Below, piece by piece: positions 1 to 9,709 of a stretch of 64,000 nucleotides of DNA. Numbering within the stretch: position 1 is the stretch's first letter; each line of letters opens with the position of its first letter. A model generated the notes under the pieces. That model saw nothing but the letters and a program-made list of their open reading frames with translations. It was not told where the DNA came from and searched no databases. The position numbers and the translations under genes are program-made. The DNA is from Acidobacteriota bacterium (GTDB lineage Bacteria; Acidobacteriota; UBA890; WLXD01): positions 3,328,001 to 3,392,000 of the forward strand of contig CBDFKD010000002.1 in assembly GCA_965248695.1 (NCBI GenBank). The letters run 5' to 3'.

Positions 1-986
1 GCCAGGCCGACGACGGCCTCGCCGGCTCCCTTGGCCAATCCGGCGACGGCGCCTCCGGCTCCTTTGGCCAGGTCCGTCACTCCGGAGACGGTGGCGCCCA
101 CTCCCTGACGCGACGCGCCCCAGATCGCCTTGGACACGCTGGCACTCCCGCTCGCGACCACCTCGCCCAGCAGCTTCGTCGCCTGGGTAACAGCAGCACG
201 ACGAACCACCCCGCGACGCTCCGCCACCAACGGAGCGCAGTAGCGCTTTGCCACCATCCCCACCCTCAACGTCAGGAACGCGTTGGCTGTGCCGGTGACG
301 ATCGAGCTCGCTACCAACCCCGCTGCGACGCGCAACCCGGGTACCTCGGCGGCGATAGCAGGCAACGAGGCCGACAGGATCGGGGCGACCTGCTCGCTCA
401 CGTCGATATCCTCCAGCGAGCCCGCGACGAACGTCGTCGCGGCGACGTTGGCGTAGAGGTGGATCAGCTCCCGAACCGCCGGTCGCTGAGCGTAAAGGTG
501 CGCCAGTTGCCAGACCATGCGCATCTGCAGGCCGAGCACCATGAACGCGTCGAGGCGTCCACTCTGTGAGACCGCTGTGGCCAGGAACACCTGGCCGGCA
601 TGCGCCTTGACCAGGGCATCGGCGCAGGCATCGAGCTCGGATAGCGCCGACTCGATCTGTTCCTGTGTCTCGAGCGGCCGGGAGGAAACCCGCTCGTTCT
701 CGGACAATCGAGCGGCGAGGCCCCGCAGATAAGCCTGGTGTTCGGGTCCCTGGCTCTCGGTCGGTGCGACCAGCGGCTTGCGGAGCCGCATGAGCATCAC
801 CAACGGGGTCAGCAACAAGACCGCATAGATCGCAACCAGGCTCCAGAGCACGATCGGCCCCAGACCCGGTCGTAGGGCATCGGCCAGCGTAACCACGCCG
901 GCGGTCTGGTTGATCACCAGCAGCGCGAACGAAACGACCACCAGCGCCGAGACCACCAGCAGCAGTGTGCGCAACCCCTTGGGCAT
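1..986 (-). CDS. DUF697/YcjF-family membrane protein, truncated by the window's left edge
   Basis: Hand-translated, absent from ORF track: ATG at 986 after GGAGGT RBS; MPKGLRTLLLVVSALVVV..., two TM helices, then FLATAVSQSGRLD, LYANVA and GTANAFLTLRVG typical of DUF697. Confidence 0.75.
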   Translation of the reverse strand, partial: MPKGLRTLLLVVSALVVVSFALLVINQTAGVVTLADALRPGLGPIVLWSLVAIYAVLLLTPLVMLMRLRKPLVAPTESQGPEHQAYLRGLAARLSENERVSSRPLETQEQIESALSELDACADALVKAHAGQVFLATAVSQSGRLDAFMVLGLQMRMVWQLAHLYAQRPAVRELIHLYANVAATTFVAGSLEDIDVSEQVAPILSASLPAIAAEVPGLRVAAGLVASSIVTGTANAFLTLRVGMVAKRYCAPLVAERRGVVRRAAVTQATKLLGEVVASGSASVSKAIWGASRQGVGATVSGVTDLAKGAGGAVAGLAKGAGEAVVGL

Positions 987-1002
987 CGGGACCTCCGACT
1001 AG

Positions 1003-1272
1003 TGGCCTGTAACAGATGAACGTTGCCTATCGCAGTTGGGATTTGCGGGTGAGATCAAGGCGCGGCGACGCAGTCGATGCTAGGGGCATCATCGAGGAGC
1101 CGCAACGCCGATATCGCCCGCAACAGCCCATCTGTCCGCAGGATGGCGGCGAACTGGGCCCGCCTGCGGCGTTGCTCCTCCTCGATAATGGGCAAACATT
1201 GTCTCGTCGGACCGCCTGGCATCCGGGCCCATTTCGCCACCACGATAGGCAACGTTCATCTGTTACAGGCCA
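1003..1272. mobile_element. MITE (non-autonomous, 270 bp) with perfect 30-bp terminal inverted repeats and CTAG target duplication
   Basis: TGGCCTGTAACAGATGAACGTTGCCTATCG (1003-1032) is the exact reverse complement of 1243-1272; CTAG at 999-1002 and 1273-1276; no transposase ORF inside. Confidence 0.85.
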
Positions 1273-2805
1273 CTAGTGGCGCTTCAGCGCGCCGCGATCG
1301 ATCTTGCCGAGATGGGTGCGGGGAAAGTCCTGCAGAAACTCTACCTCGCGCGGGTACTTGTAGGGCTCCAGGCTCCGCCGGACATGCTCTTTGAGCTCCT
1401 CTGCGAGGTGGCGGTCGGGCTGCTGGTCCGACGTCGCGACGACGAAGGCCTTCGGCTTCACTAAGCCCTCGACCTCCACCCCGACAACGGCGACCTCGCT
1501 TACCGCCGGGTGCCCCATCAGACAGTTCTCCACCTCGCCAGGAGATAGCCACTTCCCGGAGACCTTCAGCATGTCGTCGTCGCGACCGCAGTAGACATAC
1601 GTCGCGTCGGGAGCGCGCCGAATCATGTCACCCGACACGTACCACTCGCCCCGGAACGCCTGCATCGTGCTCCGCATGCGCTGCCAGTACCCGATCGCCC
1701 GCGAGTTCCCACGCACCCACAGGTAGCCGATCTCGCCGTCCGGAAGATCGTTACCGTGCACGTCGCACACGCGCACCTCGAATCCGGGGACGACCTTCCC
1801 CAGGGTGCCGGGGGTGACATCGCCAGGGCGGTTGGAGATGAACACGTGCCACTGCTCAGCGGTGCCGAGGCCGTCGAGTAGCTCGACCCCGAAGGCGGCG
1901 TCCCAGCGCGCTTGAAGCTCGGCCGGCAACGCCTCGCCGGCCGACGTCGACAGCCGCAGACACGACAGATCATGCGCGCCGGCGTCCGCTGCGCCCAGCA
2001 TGTTGTTGATCATCGTCGGAACGTTGATGAGGATCGTCGGCCGGTGTTTGGCGATGCGCGCGAACAGCGCTTCGGCGGTGCAACGTTCCTCGAACAAGGC
2101 CACGGAGGCACCCACCGAGAACGGAAACAACAGGTTGGACCCGGTGGCGTAGCCGAAGAAAAGCTTCGGAACTGACACCGTGATGTCGCTCTCGCGGTAG
2201 CCGATGACACCGTGCGCGTAGCAGAGCGTCGTGTTCACGAACGAGTTGTGGCTCTGGACGACTGCCTTCGGCTGGCCGGTCGTTCCACCGGAGAACAGCC
2301 AGATCGCCGCATCGTCGCGGTGGGTGGGAAACGTCTCGAAGTCATGCGAGGCGTCATCGAGCCGGGCGTCGCAGTCGGCGTCGCCGAGCACGAACAGATC
2401 CCTCACGCTGGACGTCGCCGTGGCGGCCCGCCGGAACTCGGGCGCTCCGTCAGCGTGCACTACAGCGGCGCGGGCACGCGTGTAGCTGAAGAAGTACTCG
2501 ATGGCCTCCGCCTTCAGCGACGGGTTGAGCATGACAGCCACCGCGCCCATCTTCAGCACGCCGAAGAACGCTCCGACCCAGGCGGCCGAATCGGGAAGAG
2601 CGATGATGACGCGCTGCTCCGGCTCGATCCCGGCCTCCAGCAGGACGTTGGCGAAGCGGTTCGCCAGGCGCTGGACATCCTGATAGCTCAACTCGCCATC
2701 GTCGGTCCGCAGGGCGATCCGGTCGCCCCTGCCCTCGCGCACGCGCGCATCGAGAAACCAATCGGCGATGTTGAGCTGCTCGGGAATCTCTGCGTCCATG
2801 GTCAT
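1273..2805 (-). CDS. Benzoate-CoA ligase family protein, probably 2-aminobenzoate (anthranilate)-CoA ligase
   Basis: AMP-binding motifs FSGGTTGQPK, SAGEALP, GLGTAE, GRDDDMLKVSG, PRTHLGKI; KLFFGYATG aryl-CoA ligase signature; start 2799 or 2805. Confidence 0.88.
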   Translation of the reverse strand: MTMDAEIPEQLNIADWFLDARVREGRGDRIALRTDDGELSYQDVQRLANRFANVLLEAGIEPEQRVIIALPDSAAWVGAFFGVLKMGAVAVMLNPSLKAEAIEYFFSYTRARAAVVHADGAPEFRRAATATSSVRDLFVLGDADCDARLDDASHDFETFPTHRDDAAIWLFSGGTTGQPKAVVQSHNSFVNTTLCYAHGVIGYRESDITVSVPKLFFGYATGSNLLFPFSVGASVALFEERCTAEALFARIAKHRPTILINVPTMINNMLGAADAGAHDLSCLRLSTSAGEALPAELQARWDAAFGVELLDGLGTAEQWHVFISNRPGDVTPGTLGKVVPGFEVRVCDVHGNDLPDGEIGYLWVRGNSRAIGYWQRMRSTMQAFRGEWYVSGDMIRRAPDATYVYCGRDDDMLKVSGKWLSPGEVENCLMGHPAVSEVAVVGVEVEGLVKPKAFVVATSDQQPDRHLAEELKEHVRRSLEPYKYPREVEFLQDFPRTHLGKIDRGALKRH

Positions 2806-2836
2806 CCCCTTCTGCGGGCGGACCCGCGGCGGCACG

Positions 2837-3781
2837 CTAGCCTGGATGCCGGTAGCCGTGTCGCATGTAGCTGCCGTCTGGCGCGATCGTCGGGAGCTTG
2901 AATCGCTTCCTGGTCAGGAGACGGTGTAGCTTCGGATCCGTAAGGGCGAGCTTGTCTGGGGTGTTCGGTCGCCACTCGTGCTGGATCTCCTCCGGCCGGC
3001 CGGCGAAATCCTGCAGGCCGAGCAACGACGTCAGGCCCCAGTAGAAGTACTCCGTCGCCTGGCAGGAGTAGTCGCAAGTGGCATCGTCGTAGGTGTACCA
3101 GGCGGAGTCCGGGTACTGTGGCGGGATCTGCTCGAAATGCCCTCCGCGGGCGACGTCCATGGCGTCGGCGAGTCGAGTTCCGGGAGCCTCGCCCCAGACG
3201 CGCGGGTAAGCCGCCGCCAGTCCTGCATGAGAGATGAGATGCAGCACCTCCTCGAGCGTTGCGTCGAAGACCCCTTCGGCCGCGCCGCCGGGGTGGGTTT
3301 CCAACGCCTGGAGATCCTGAAGCGACAGACCGTCCAGCGTTTCATCATCGATCGTGTCGAAGAACGCATCGGTATCGCGCCGGTGGGCGAACATCACCAT
3401 CGCGGCCCGGGCGGCAATCAGCTTTCTCAGCACCTGACGATTGTCGACCGCGCCGTCGGCGTCGTTGTCGAGGTACTGCGCCATCACGTTGGCGGCGTGC
3501 AGCAGCTTTTTCGCCGGCACCGCAGGCGTGGCGTAGAGACGTACGCCGAAGACATTGACCTGGCGGTCGAAGGTCGCGGCAAAGGCAGCCGGCGCGTCGC
3601 CGTCGAGCGCCGTGATCTCCGGCGGCCCGCTTGAAACCGGTGTCGAAAATACCGGTACCGCCAACGCCACAAACCCGAGCGTTGAACCGGCCAGACGGCC
3701 ACTAACGATGTGCATGCGATGCCTGTCTCCGCTGGCGGTCTGTCTCCAGCCCGAGTGCCGGATGTCGATCATCGGGTTCAT
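2837..3781 (-). CDS. Secreted hypothetical protein, possibly zincin-like
   Basis: 314-aa ORF with signal-like segment; EEVLHLISH and later EYFYW; real start probably near 3715. Confidence 0.6.
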   Translation of the reverse strand: MNPMIDIRHSGWRQTASGDRHRMHIVSGRLAGSTLGFVALAVPVFSTPVSSGPPEITALDGDAPAAFAATFDRQVNVFGVRLYATPAVPAKKLLHAANVMAQYLDNDADGAVDNRQVLRKLIAARAAMVMFAHRRDTDAFFDTIDDETLDGLSLQDLQALETHPGGAAEGVFDATLEEVLHLISHAGLAAAYPRVWGEAPGTRLADAMDVARGGHFEQIPPQYPDSAWYTYDDATCDYSCQATEYFYWGLTSLLGLQDFAGRPEEIQHEWRPNTPDKLALTDPKLHRLLTRKRFKLPTIAPDGSYMRHGYRHPG

Positions 3782-3801
3782 TGTACGAGCCGCGCCGACC
3801 C

Positions 3802-3807
3802 TATAAT
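3802..3807 (+). promoter_or_regulatory. Sigma70-type -10 box, probably driving a leaderless transcript
   Basis: Perfect TATAAT 6 nt upstream of ATG 3814; no Shine-Dalgarno in between. Confidence 0.5.
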
Positions 3808-3813
3808 CGCCAC

Positions 3814-4596
3814 ATGCCGGTGCACCGCCTTGCCGAGATGACCTGGGAGGAGGTGCGCGACCTCGATCGCGATCGGTCGATCGTCATCTTGCCGACCGGG
3901 GCGACCGAGGCCCACGGTCCGCATCTGCCATTGCAGACCGACGTCATCATTGCCTCCGCGATGGCCCGTGCGGGCGCCGAGAAGCTCTCCGCGGCCGGCT
4001 GGCTGCCGCTGCTTGTCCCACCGGTCACCTATTCGGCGGCGCCGTTCGCTGAAGCGTTCCCCGGCACCGTTTCGGTCACACCGGCGGTCGTCGTGGCGAC
4101 CATCGTCGAGGTGGCGCGCAGCTTCGCGCGCCACGGCTTCGGCATCGTGGCCATCGCCAACGCCCACTTTGATCCCGCCCACCTGGCAACGATCCACAGC
4201 GCCGTCGACACGCTCGCAATCGACGCCGACCTGACGACGGTGTTCCCCGATGTCACCCGCCGCCCGTGGGCGCTGCGACTCACCGACGAGTTCAAAAGTG
4301 GGGCGTGCCACGCCGGGCAGTACGAGGGGTCCATCGTGCTTGCGGAACGGCCAGAGCTCGTGCGCGACGACATCCGCGCCAGCCTCCCGGAGCTACCAGT
4401 CTCGCTGTCGGCGGCAATCGCCGACGGTGCGCAGTCGTTCGCGGCAGCGGGCGGGGAGCGTGCGTACTTCGGCTATCCTGCTAACGCCTCCGCCGAGGAA
4501 GGTCGGCAGACGGTCGATCTACTTGGAAGCATCCTCTGCGACGCGATCCTCGCGACGATCGACCGCGCCGACGACGCCCCGGACGAAACGAAATGA
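3814..4596 (+). CDS. Creatininase-family amidohydrolase
   Basis: LAEMTWEE, PTGATEAHGPHLPLQTD, NAH and HAGQYEGS motifs. Confidence 0.88.
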   Translation: MPVHRLAEMTWEEVRDLDRDRSIVILPTGATEAHGPHLPLQTDVIIASAMARAGAEKLSAAGWLPLLVPPVTYSAAPFAEAFPGTVSVTPAVVVATIVEVARSFARHGFGIVAIANAHFDPAHLATIHSAVDTLAIDADLTTVFPDVTRRPWALRLTDEFKSGACHAGQYEGSIVLAERPELVRDDIRASLPELPVSLSAAIADGAQSFAAAGGERAYFGYPANASAEEGRQTVDLLGSILCDAILATIDRADDAPDETK

Positions 4597-4618
4597 CGAC
4601 CAACGGAGAACTCACCGG

Positions 4619-5065
4619 ATGAGCTACCGAGTCATCAACCCCGAGGACCTCGGGGCGCCACGAGGTTGGAACAACGGAATGCTCGGACCGGTCGGGGGTC
4701 GAGTGCTGTTCGTCGCCGGGCAGACGGCGCACGATCGCAGCGGCCGGGTATCGGAGGCAGGATTCGTGCAGCAGTTCGGTCGCGCCCTCGACAACACGCT
4801 GGCGGTGGTGCGCGAAGCCGGCGGCGTACCCGGCGACATCGGTCGAATGACGGTCTTCGTCACCGACGTCGAGGCCTATCGCCAGAGTCTTTCGGAGCTC
4901 GGCGAGATCTGGCGACCGCGCATGGGTCGCCACTTTCCGGCCATGGCGCTGATGGAGGTATCAGGACTCGTCGACGAACGCGCCCTGGTCGAGATCGAAG
5001 CCACAGCGCTGTTGCCCGCTCCTCTCACGTTGACCGGGGAAGAATCCGCGGCGGTCGTGACCTGA
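4619..5065 (+). CDS. RidA/YjgF family enamine/imine deaminase
   Basis: LFVAGQ, HFPAMALMEVSGL, VEIEATA; GGAG RBS upstream. Confidence 0.88.
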   Translation: MSYRVINPEDLGAPRGWNNGMLGPVGGRVLFVAGQTAHDRSGRVSEAGFVQQFGRALDNTLAVVREAGGVPGDIGRMTVFVTDVEAYRQSLSELGEIWRPRMGRHFPAMALMEVSGLVDERALVEIEATALLPAPLTLTGEESAAVVT

Positions 5066-5077
5066 GCGAGCAGAGCC

Positions 5078-5950
5078 ATGCCGATAACGCCGAACAGCTT
5101 TCTGTACGACCACGATCGCAGCACTGGCGTCGCCACGCTCATGCTGAACCGGCCGGACAAGCTCAACGCGATCACCTTCGAGGTCTACGACGAGCTCGGG
5201 CAGGTCTTCCGCGCCCTCGACACCGAGCCGGATGTGCGCGCGATCGTGATCACCGGCCGCGGACGGGCGTTCTGTTCGGGCGGCGACATAGACGAAATCA
5301 TCGGCCCACTCCTGGACCGAGAGCTCGACGAGCTGCACCGGTTCACCGCCATGACCTGCGAGGTCATCAAGGCGATGCGCTCGTGCCGCCGACCTATCGT
5401 CGCGGCGTTGAACGGCACGACCGCCGGCGCCGGCGCGGTCATCGCCACCGCATGCGACATCCGCGTCGCGGCGGAATCGGCCCGCATCGGTTTCGTTTTC
5501 GCCAAGGTCGGATTGTCGGGCGCCGATATGGGCTCGTGCTGGCTGCTGCCGCGCATCGTCGGGCTGGGTCGCGCCAGCGAGTTGCTGTACACCGGGGAGC
5601 TCATCGACGCGACAGAAGCCCATCGAATCGGTCTCTACAATCACGTCGTCGCCGACGACAGGGTGCTCGAAGTGGCCTTGAACCTGGCCGAGAAGCTGGC
5701 GCGTGGGCCGAGCTACGCGCACGGCGTCACCAAAGAGCACCTCGATCTGGAGGCAGACATGACGCTTGCCGATGCGCTCGATCTCGAGGCTACGGTGCAG
5801 GCGGTATGCATGCGCACCCCTGATTTCCGCAACGCCTACGAGGCGTTCGTGGAGCAACGCGAGCCAGAGTTCAACCGGCCGCGTCCGGACGACCGCCTGC
5901 CGGAGACGCCGACCACGGTCGAGGATCCGAATCCGGCGGCCGAAGAATGA
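5078..5950 (+). CDS. Enoyl-CoA hydratase/isomerase family protein
   Basis: LNRPDKLNA, AFCSGGD, GAGAVIATACDIR, GLSGADMG as in abm-cluster crotonases. Confidence 0.9.
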   Translation: MPITPNSFLYDHDRSTGVATLMLNRPDKLNAITFEVYDELGQVFRALDTEPDVRAIVITGRGRAFCSGGDIDEIIGPLLDRELDELHRFTAMTCEVIKAMRSCRRPIVAALNGTTAGAGAVIATACDIRVAAESARIGFVFAKVGLSGADMGSCWLLPRIVGLGRASELLYTGELIDATEAHRIGLYNHVVADDRVLEVALNLAEKLARGPSYAHGVTKEHLDLEADMTLADALDLEATVQAVCMRTPDFRNAYEAFVEQREPEFNRPRPDDRLPETPTTVEDPNPAAEE

Positions 5951-7104
5951 CCGACGTTGCCGCGGTTGGCGCATTCCTCGATGCCGCCCACTGCGATCTT
6001 GCCGTCGCCGTTCGGGCGTTCGCCGATGAGGAAATCCGCCCGCTCCCCGACCCGCGCAGCGATGATGAGGCACGTGTGCAGGCGCGCGAGATCCTCGCTG
6101 CCCTCGGCCGCGGCGGCTGGTTCGGGCCCATCGGCGACCGCGACCTGCGGGCGCTGTGCCTGGTACGCGAGACGCTGGCGGCGGCATCACCGCTGGCCGA
6201 CTCGGTAGCCGCACTCCAGGCGTTGAGCATCACGCCGATCCTGCTGACGGCCAACGAGCCAATGCAGCAAGCGTGGGCCGAGCCGGCGCTGACCGGTGCC
6301 GCCATGGGCGCCTTCGCGATGACCGAGGCGGAGGCCGGATCAGACGTCGGGTCGATTCAGACGACCGCGGTGTGCGAAGGCGACGAGTATCGCCTCGATG
6401 GCGCCAAGACCCTGATCTCCAACGCCGGCATCGCCGACTTCTACGTCGTTTTCGCCAGCACGGATCCCGACGCTGGCACGCGTGGCATCAGCGCCTTCGT
6501 CGTCGGAGCCGCAACCGCCGGTTTGCGCTTCGTACGCCCGCAAGTAATGAGCGCCCCTCACCCGCTGGGCGACATCGAGCTCGACGGTTGCCGCATTCCG
6601 GCAATCAATCGTCTGGGTGCCGAGGGCGAGGGCTTCAAGCTTGGCATGACGACCCTCGATCGCGTGCGCGCGTCGGTCGGAGCGGCAGCCTGTGGACTGG
6701 GCGATCGGGCTCTCGAGGAAGCGCTGACCCACGCGAAGTCTCGCCGGCAGTTCGGCAAGAGCCTGGGCAGCTTTCAGCTCGTGCAGCAGAAGCTGGCGAG
6801 GATGGCCACCGACCTGGCGGCGGCGCGCTTGCTGGTTTATCGAGCCGCCTGGGAGACCGACCGCGGCAAGCAACGCGTCACCCTGGAAACGGCAATGGCC
6901 AAGGCGTTCGCCACCGAGGCAGCACAGCGAATCGTCGACGACGCGGTCCAGGTGCTCGGCGGGCGCGGCGTGCTGGCTACGCATCCGGTCGATCGTCTAT
7001 ACCGCAGCGTGCGGGCCATGCGGATCTACGAGGGAACCACCGAGATCCAACAGTTGATCATCGCCGGCCGGCTGCTGACCGACAGCGACGAAGGCGAGCG
7101 ATGA
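5947..7104 (+). CDS. Acyl-CoA dehydrogenase
   Basis: [33 protein letters not shown]; ATGA overlap with upstream gene. Confidence 0.93.
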   Translation: MTDVAAVGAFLDAAHCDLAVAVRAFADEEIRPLPDPRSDDEARVQAREILAALGRGGWFGPIGDRDLRALCLVRETLAAASPLADSVAALQALSITPILLTANEPMQQAWAEPALTGAAMGAFAMTEAEAGSDVGSIQTTAVCEGDEYRLDGAKTLISNAGIADFYVVFASTDPDAGTRGISAFVVGAATAGLRFVRPQVMSAPHPLGDIELDGCRIPAINRLGAEGEGFKLGMTTLDRVRASVGAAACGLGDRALEEALTHAKSRRQFGKSLGSFQLVQQKLARMATDLAAARLLVYRAAWETDRGKQRVTLETAMAKAFATEAAQRIVDDAVQVLGGRGVLATHPVDRLYRSVRAMRIYEGTTEIQQLIIAGRLLTDSDEGER

Positions 7105-7126
7105 CCGGCCGATCCGCCGGACGCGC

Positions 7127-9487
7127 ATGAGGATCGGGGCGGTCGGCGGCGGGCCTGCAGGCCTGTACTTCTCTATCCTGATGAAACTCGCGCGGCCCGA
7201 TTGGGACATAAGCGTCTACGAGCGCAACCGCAGCGACGATACGTTCGGCTTCGGCGTCGTGTTCTCGGATGCAACGCTCGACAACCTTCGCGCCGCCGAT
7301 CGTGACTCCTGGAACGCCATCCGCGACAGCTTCCATCACTGGGACGACATCGACATCCACTGCCGTGGACAGGTGCTGCGGTCCACAGGGCACGGATTCT
7401 CGGGAATGTCGCGTCAGCGTCTCCTCACGATCCTGGCGGAGCGAGCTCGCGAGCTGGGCGTGCAGCTGCAATTCGGCACCGAGGTATCGGCGCCCGATGA
7501 GCTTGGCAATGCCGATCTGATCCTCGCGGCGGACGGGGTGCGCAGCGCGCTGCGCGACCGGTTCGCTGAACGGTTCGAGCCCCAGGTCGACCTGCGTCCG
7601 AATCGTTTCGTGTGGCTAGGAACCACCTGCCCGTTCGCCGCCTTCACCTTCCTGTTCAAAGAGAGCGCCCACGGCCTGTGGCGGGTGCATGCCTACCAGT
7701 ACCGAGCGAGCGGCAACAACGGCGAGACCGAGCCGATCTCGACCTTCATCGTCGAGGTGACCGCGACGACATTCGAAGCCGCTGGCCTGGATGAGAACGA
7801 CGAGGACGCCACCATCGACCATTGCCAGCGGCTGTTCGCCGACGAGCTTCGCGGACACCGACTGATCAAGAACCGCTCTGTGTGGCGATGCTTCCCGACC
7901 ATAAGCAACGCGCGCTGGCATCACGACAACGTCGTGCTGCTAGGCGACGCCGCGCACACGGCGCATTTTTCCGTCGGATCGGGGACCAAGCTGGCGATGG
8001 AGGACGCCATCGCGCTGAGCGCCGCGCTAGCCAGAAGCAGTAGCAAGGGCGAGCCCGACGCGGCAGCCATCGAGGGCGCGCTCAGCGCGTACGAAACAAC
8101 CCGCAGGCCGGAGGTCGAGAGCCTGCAGCGCGCCGCACAGGCGAGCCTGCAGTGGTTCGAGGATACCGAGAGATACTGGAACGATGATCCGATCCAATTC
8201 GGCTACGGTCTGCTGACCCGCAGCCTTCGAATCACCCACCAGGACCTGGCGGCCCGCGACCCGGACTATGTCGCGCGCGTCGACGAATGGTTCGCTGAAG
8301 CGGCTGCGGCGCAGTCGGGCATTCCGGTCGCCGAGGTCGCGGCACTGCCGCTGCAACAGGCGCCGGCGGTACTTGCGCGCAGCCTGCAGACGGGCGCCGG
8401 CACACCACCGCCGATGTTCACGCCCTTCAAGCTGCGCCAGCTCGTCCTGGTGAATCGCGTCGTCGTCTCGCCGATGTGTCAGTACAGCGCCGCCGATGGC
8501 ATGCCGAATCAGTGGCATGCCGTCCATCTCGGCGCGCGCGCAATCGGTGGGGCAGCGCTGGTGATGACGGAGATGACCGATATCAGCGCAGAGGGGCGAA
8601 TATCGCCCGGCTGCACCGGTATGTACAGCGACGAGCACGTCGAAGGGTGGCGACGGATCGTCGAGTTCGTGCACCGCCACAGCTACGCCAAGATCGGTCT
8701 GCAGCTGGCGCACGCCGGACGCAAGGGGTCTACGCGCCGGTCGTGGGAGGGTGCCGACGAGCCGCTAGAAGACGGCAACTGGCCGCTGATCGCCGCCTCC
8801 CCGATCCCGTGGTTCCCTCACAGCCAGACCCCGCGCGAGATGACGCGCGGCGACATGAACAGCGTGCGCGATGACTTCGTGGCGGCAGTCGAGCGCGCCG
8901 ATGCCGCCGAGTTCGACCTCATCGAGCTGCACATGGCGCACGGATACCTACTTGCGGGCTTCATCTCGCCGCTGACCAACGCACGCACCGATAGGTATGG
9001 TGGGTCGATTGCCAACCGCATGCGGTATCCGCTCGAGGTCTTCGCGGCCATGCGCGCCACCTGGCCGGCGCACAAGCCGATGTCGGTGCGCATCTCGGCG
9101 GTCGACTGGGTACCCGGCGGAATGCAACCTGAAGACGCGGTCGAGGTAGCGCGACTGCTGGCCGAGGCCCAATGCGACCTGGTGGACGTCTCGGCCGGGC
9201 AAACGGTTCCGGACGCCCGCCCGGCGTACGGCCGCCAGTTCCAGACCCCGTTCGCCGACCGCATCCGGCACGAGGTACCGATCGCCACCATGGCGGTAGG
9301 CAACATCTCCTCGTTCATGGATGTGAACACGATCCTGGCCGCCGGGCGCGCCGATCTCTGTGCCCTGGCCAGAGCGCACCTGTGGGACCCGTACTGGACC
9401 CGAAACGCGGCGCACGCGCAAGGCTTCGAGCTTCCCTGGCCGGATCCCTACGCGGTGCTCGACCGGTACACACCGCGCTTCCGCTAG
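7127..9487 (+). CDS. abmA: Bifunctional anthraniloyl-CoA monooxygenase/reductase (salicylyl-CoA 5-hydroxylase-like)
   Basis: N-terminal FAD monooxygenase ([33 protein letters not shown]) fused to old-yellow-enzyme domain ([26 protein letters not shown]). Confidence 0.9.
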   Translation: MRIGAVGGGPAGLYFSILMKLARPDWDISVYERNRSDDTFGFGVVFSDATLDNLRAADRDSWNAIRDSFHHWDDIDIHCRGQVLRSTGHGFSGMSRQRLLTILAERARELGVQLQFGTEVSAPDELGNADLILAADGVRSALRDRFAERFEPQVDLRPNRFVWLGTTCPFAAFTFLFKESAHGLWRVHAYQYRASGNNGETEPISTFIVEVTATTFEAAGLDENDEDATIDHCQRLFADELRGHRLIKNRSVWRCFPTISNARWHHDNVVLLGDAAHTAHFSVGSGTKLAMEDAIALSAALARSSSKGEPDAAAIEGALSAYETTRRPEVESLQRAAQASLQWFEDTERYWNDDPIQFGYGLLTRSLRITHQDLAARDPDYVARVDEWFAEAAAAQSGIPVAEVAALPLQQAPAVLARSLQTGAGTPPPMFTPFKLRQLVLVNRVVVSPMCQYSAADGMPNQWHAVHLGARAIGGAALVMTEMTDISAEGRISPGCTGMYSDEHVEGWRRIVEFVHRHSYAKIGLQLAHAGRKGSTRRSWEGADEPLEDGNWPLIAASPIPWFPHSQTPREMTRGDMNSVRDDFVAAVERADAAEFDLIELHMAHGYLLAGFISPLTNARTDRYGGSIANRMRYPLEVFAAMRATWPAHKPMSVRISAVDWVPGGMQPEDAVEVARLLAEAQCDLVDVSAGQTVPDARPAYGRQFQTPFADRIRHEVPIATMAVGNISSFMDVNTILAAGRADLCALARAHLWDPYWTRNAAHAQGFELPWPDPYAVLDRYTPRFR

Positions 9488-9645
9488 CCTTGTCAAGCCT
9501 TGTTTGTCATCATCATTATTAAGTATCGTTTCTGCATAAACAGAGGCGAATAAAGGTATTTAAAGTCTTTTTATATGTTTTACTGACTTTTAATAACTCG
9601 AAAACGCTCTGATGACCGAGATTGTCCGCTAAAGTCTCGGATAGA
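9488..9645. promoter_or_regulatory. AT-rich intergenic island upstream of the GWxTD gene
   Basis: Sharp GC drop (ATTATTAAGTATC..TAAAGGTATTTAAAGTCTTTTTATATGTTTTAC..), the only such stretch I noticed in the window. Confidence 0.45.
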
Positions 9646-9709
9646 CATGACGGCAAGCCACGGCAAGCCGTCACACCGAAGCCTCCCCGGCCCTGCAAAG
9701 GAGGATTCG

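Noticed and set aside
1016-1394. Short ORFs overlapping the MITE
   Set aside because: No protein motifs; explained by the palindromic element.
9598-9650. CTGATGA followed by a stem, resembling a hammerhead ribozyme core
   Set aside because: The stem is followed by ATAG rather than GAAA, and I could not build stems I and III.
9650-9700. GGCAAGCC..GAAGCCTCC resembling a c-di-GMP-I riboswitch
   Set aside because: The GGGACGCAAAGC core and the closing pairs are missing.
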